In this document: positions 25,607-27,161 of the stretch, in pieces | Layout of the letters: every line of letters starts with the position of its first letter | Position numbering within the stretch: position 1 is the first letter of the stretch | Virus record (IMG/VR): IMGVR_UViG_3300017730_000062 | Coordinates: 1 to 27,161 of that record | Reading direction: 5' to 3' (one strand) | Length of the DNA stretch: 27,161 nucleotides | Source of the DNA: a virus | Taxonomy: Duplodnaviria; Caudoviricetes | Position numbers and translations under genes: made by a program | The notes under the pieces: generated by a model | Told to the model about the DNA's origin: nothing | Databases searched by the model: none | Seen by the model: the letters and a program-made list of their open reading frames with translations, nothing else

Positions 25607-26341
25607 TTACTGAGGCGCTGACTCGATTGGTAGTCTTATTGTTCCATCCGTGTAGTCGTCTCTTCTTCTTCTTCCAATCTGCATCGCTGCAAACTTTTGT
25701 AGTTCGTTTTTATATCGATTTTCATATAGTGTCAACAAATCATTTGGACCTTTTAAAAACATAAAAGCTTCTACTAAACAAGCATATAATAACCCTTGAG
25801 GGAAGTAATTACTAATGTACGTTCCAGCAGTATTAGTTTCTAAACCAGTTGGTACAGCATTATAATGAATAATATATTGATAGTTTTGATCTGGTGTAGG
25901 ACCTATATATATCGCTCCTGATGTAGCTGTGCTAGTTCCAGTAGTAGCACCACCAAACATAGCATAATATTTAGGTAATCCTTTTACATCTTGACCTGTT
26001 TGTCCTCCTTCAGGTCCTGTTGCTTCACCTATATATTCAGATATAAAAGTTTGGTCTCGTCTTTCTAACCAAACTCCTTGTTCTGTAACAGCTGTTGTTG
26101 AATTAAAAACTTGTATACCTCTTACAAATAAAGTTCCTTTAGGCATTGTAATAGTATTAAAATTTGCTGCAAATTGTGCTTGTGCTTGAATTCTGTCAGA
26201 ATCCATAGGACAATCTAAATTAATTCTATGCTCTGCATTTTCTAAAAATCTATTTATAACAGCAGCAGTAAATACGTTAGAATCTACTTCCGTATAATTT
26301 CTAATATCATCTGTTAAACTTGAGTATGTATATCCAGCCAT
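25607..26341 (-). CDS. Putative head-tail adaptor/connector protein
   Basis: Helical N-terminus 'INRFLENAEHRI', 'GLPKYYA', 'IGPTPDQNY', 'LLYACLVEAFMFLK'; pattern of podovirus adaptor proteins. Confidence 0.7.
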   Translation of the reverse strand: MAGYTYSSLTDDIRNYTEVDSNVFTAAVINRFLENAEHRINLDCPMDSDRIQAQAQFAANFNTITMPKGTLFVRGIQVFNSTTAVTEQGVWLERRDQTFISEYIGEATGPEGGQTGQDVKGLPKYYAMFGGATTGTSTATSGAIYIGPTPDQNYQYIIHYNAVPTGLETNTAGTYISNYFPQGLLYACLVEAFMFLKGPNDLLTLYENRYKNELQKFAAMQIGRRRRDDYTDGTIRLPIESAPQ

Positions 26342-26343
26342 AA

Positions 26344-27144
26344 CTAACCTCTATCATTAACGGGTCCAATTGTACACTGAAAACCGCCTCCTGTTGCCGT
26401 GCTTCCAGCATTAGATACTAAAGGCACTGTTATAGAATTATATAATGTTCTTGTAGCTGGTTGAGCTCCTGTTTGTTCTGTTGTTCCAATTGCTGTAGCT
26501 AAATAAGAACCAAATACTTTTGCTGAATTATCATGAGATTTAGCTGATGTGTTAGCTAATGTTATTCCTCTAAAAGGAGCTGCTGTTCCACGTGTACAAT
26601 TTTGTAATTGATTTCCTACTTTGTTTGCATATTGAATTGTTTCATTTTCATACGCTCCACTTGTAGCATTTATTTTTTCAATAACAATGTACCCTGCCGA
26701 TGGAAATTCAGAAGCATCATTTAAATCTATATTAGTAACAGTATCATTAATTGCACCATTTAATGTTGTAGATAGTTCTAAAGTAGAAATAGCAACACCA
26801 CCTACTGTAGATTTAACTGCTTGAAATCTAACATAAGTTGTTCCTTCATTTATTTGATTTGATGGATACGAAACACTTAGTGTTGGAGAACCACCTGTTG
26901 TTGTAAATGGATTGTTAGGTAAAATATCTTGTACAGGAAACTCTACTCTTGCAGGTCTTGCATGTTGTAAACCTTGTGGATCTGCTCCTATTGGATGTGG
27001 TTGTAATTGTGGTTGTTTAGGTTCAAATTCAGATTTATGGACCCACGCACCAGTCCATTCTTGCACCATTTCTCTGTACGGAAATGCTGCGCCTGATCTA
27101 TCAGATATTGCTAATGCTCTACTACCTTTTGCGAATCTAGCCAT
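26344..27144 (-). CDS. Putative virion protein: conserved N-terminal domain plus beta modules shared with the tail hub
   Basis: N-terminal 'AISDRSGAAFPYREMVQEWTGAWVH...EPKQPQL'; modules 'NPFTTTGGSPTLSV' and 'TTLNGAIND...FPSAGYIVI...ETIQY...TRG'. Confidence 0.7.
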   Translation of the reverse strand: MARFAKGSRALAISDRSGAAFPYREMVQEWTGAWVHKSEFEPKQPQLQPHPIGADPQGLQHARPARVEFPVQDILPNNPFTTTGGSPTLSVSYPSNQINEGTTYVRFQAVKSTVGGVAISTLELSTTLNGAINDTVTNIDLNDASEFPSAGYIVIEKINATSGAYENETIQYANKVGNQLQNCTRGTAAPFRGITLANTSAKSHDNSAKVFGSYLATAIGTTEQTGAQPATRTLYNSITVPLVSNAGSTATGGGFQCTIGPVNDRG

Positions 27145-27161
27145 TATATATTTGGATAGTA
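27144..27161 (-). CDS. C-terminal end of an upstream gene (truncated by window edge)
   Basis: Reads ...YYPNI* with a TAATG overlap onto the ATG at 27144, like other junctions here. Confidence 0.5.
   Translation of the reverse strand, partial: YYPNI

Noticed and set aside
1-27161. tRNA, rRNA, CRISPR arrays, introns, inteins, IS elements, stop-codon reassignment
   Set aside because: Intergenic gaps are at most about 60 nt, genes tile the window under the standard code, and no such signatures were seen by eye; tRNAscan/Infernal were not run.

Overview
This is an AT-rich fragment of a tailed dsDNA phage genome; no host genes, integrase, tRNA or CRISPR array were seen. Gene content and order suggest a marine podovirus-like phage, plausibly a SAR11/pelagiphage-type lineage (inference only). 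Nearly every gene is on the minus strand. In transcription order (right to left) it encodes head-tail connector and tail proteins, a short tail fibre, three Kelch-like beta-propeller proteins plus a small partner, a coiled-coil protein, a ParB-like protein, four 2OG-Fe(II) oxygenases, a P22 gp10-like tail hub, internal/ejection proteins, a holin-like peptide, an M15 endolysin and two more 2OG-Fe(II) oxygenases. A lone plus-strand SNF2 helicase shares a palindromic pair of overlapping sigma70-type promoters with a leftward replication-type operon. Three complete small genes and two edge-truncated genes missing from the ORF track were added. Top leads: (1) a recurring R-x-x-[FYR]-x-x-G-G / AxGG motif across internal virion proteins, together with a lambda gpH-like tape-measure C-terminal domain, as a candidate processing or sorting system; (2) a split-fibre/three-propeller receptor-binding cassette next to a separately promoted oxygenase operon; (3) overlapping promoter and hairpin regulatory elements.
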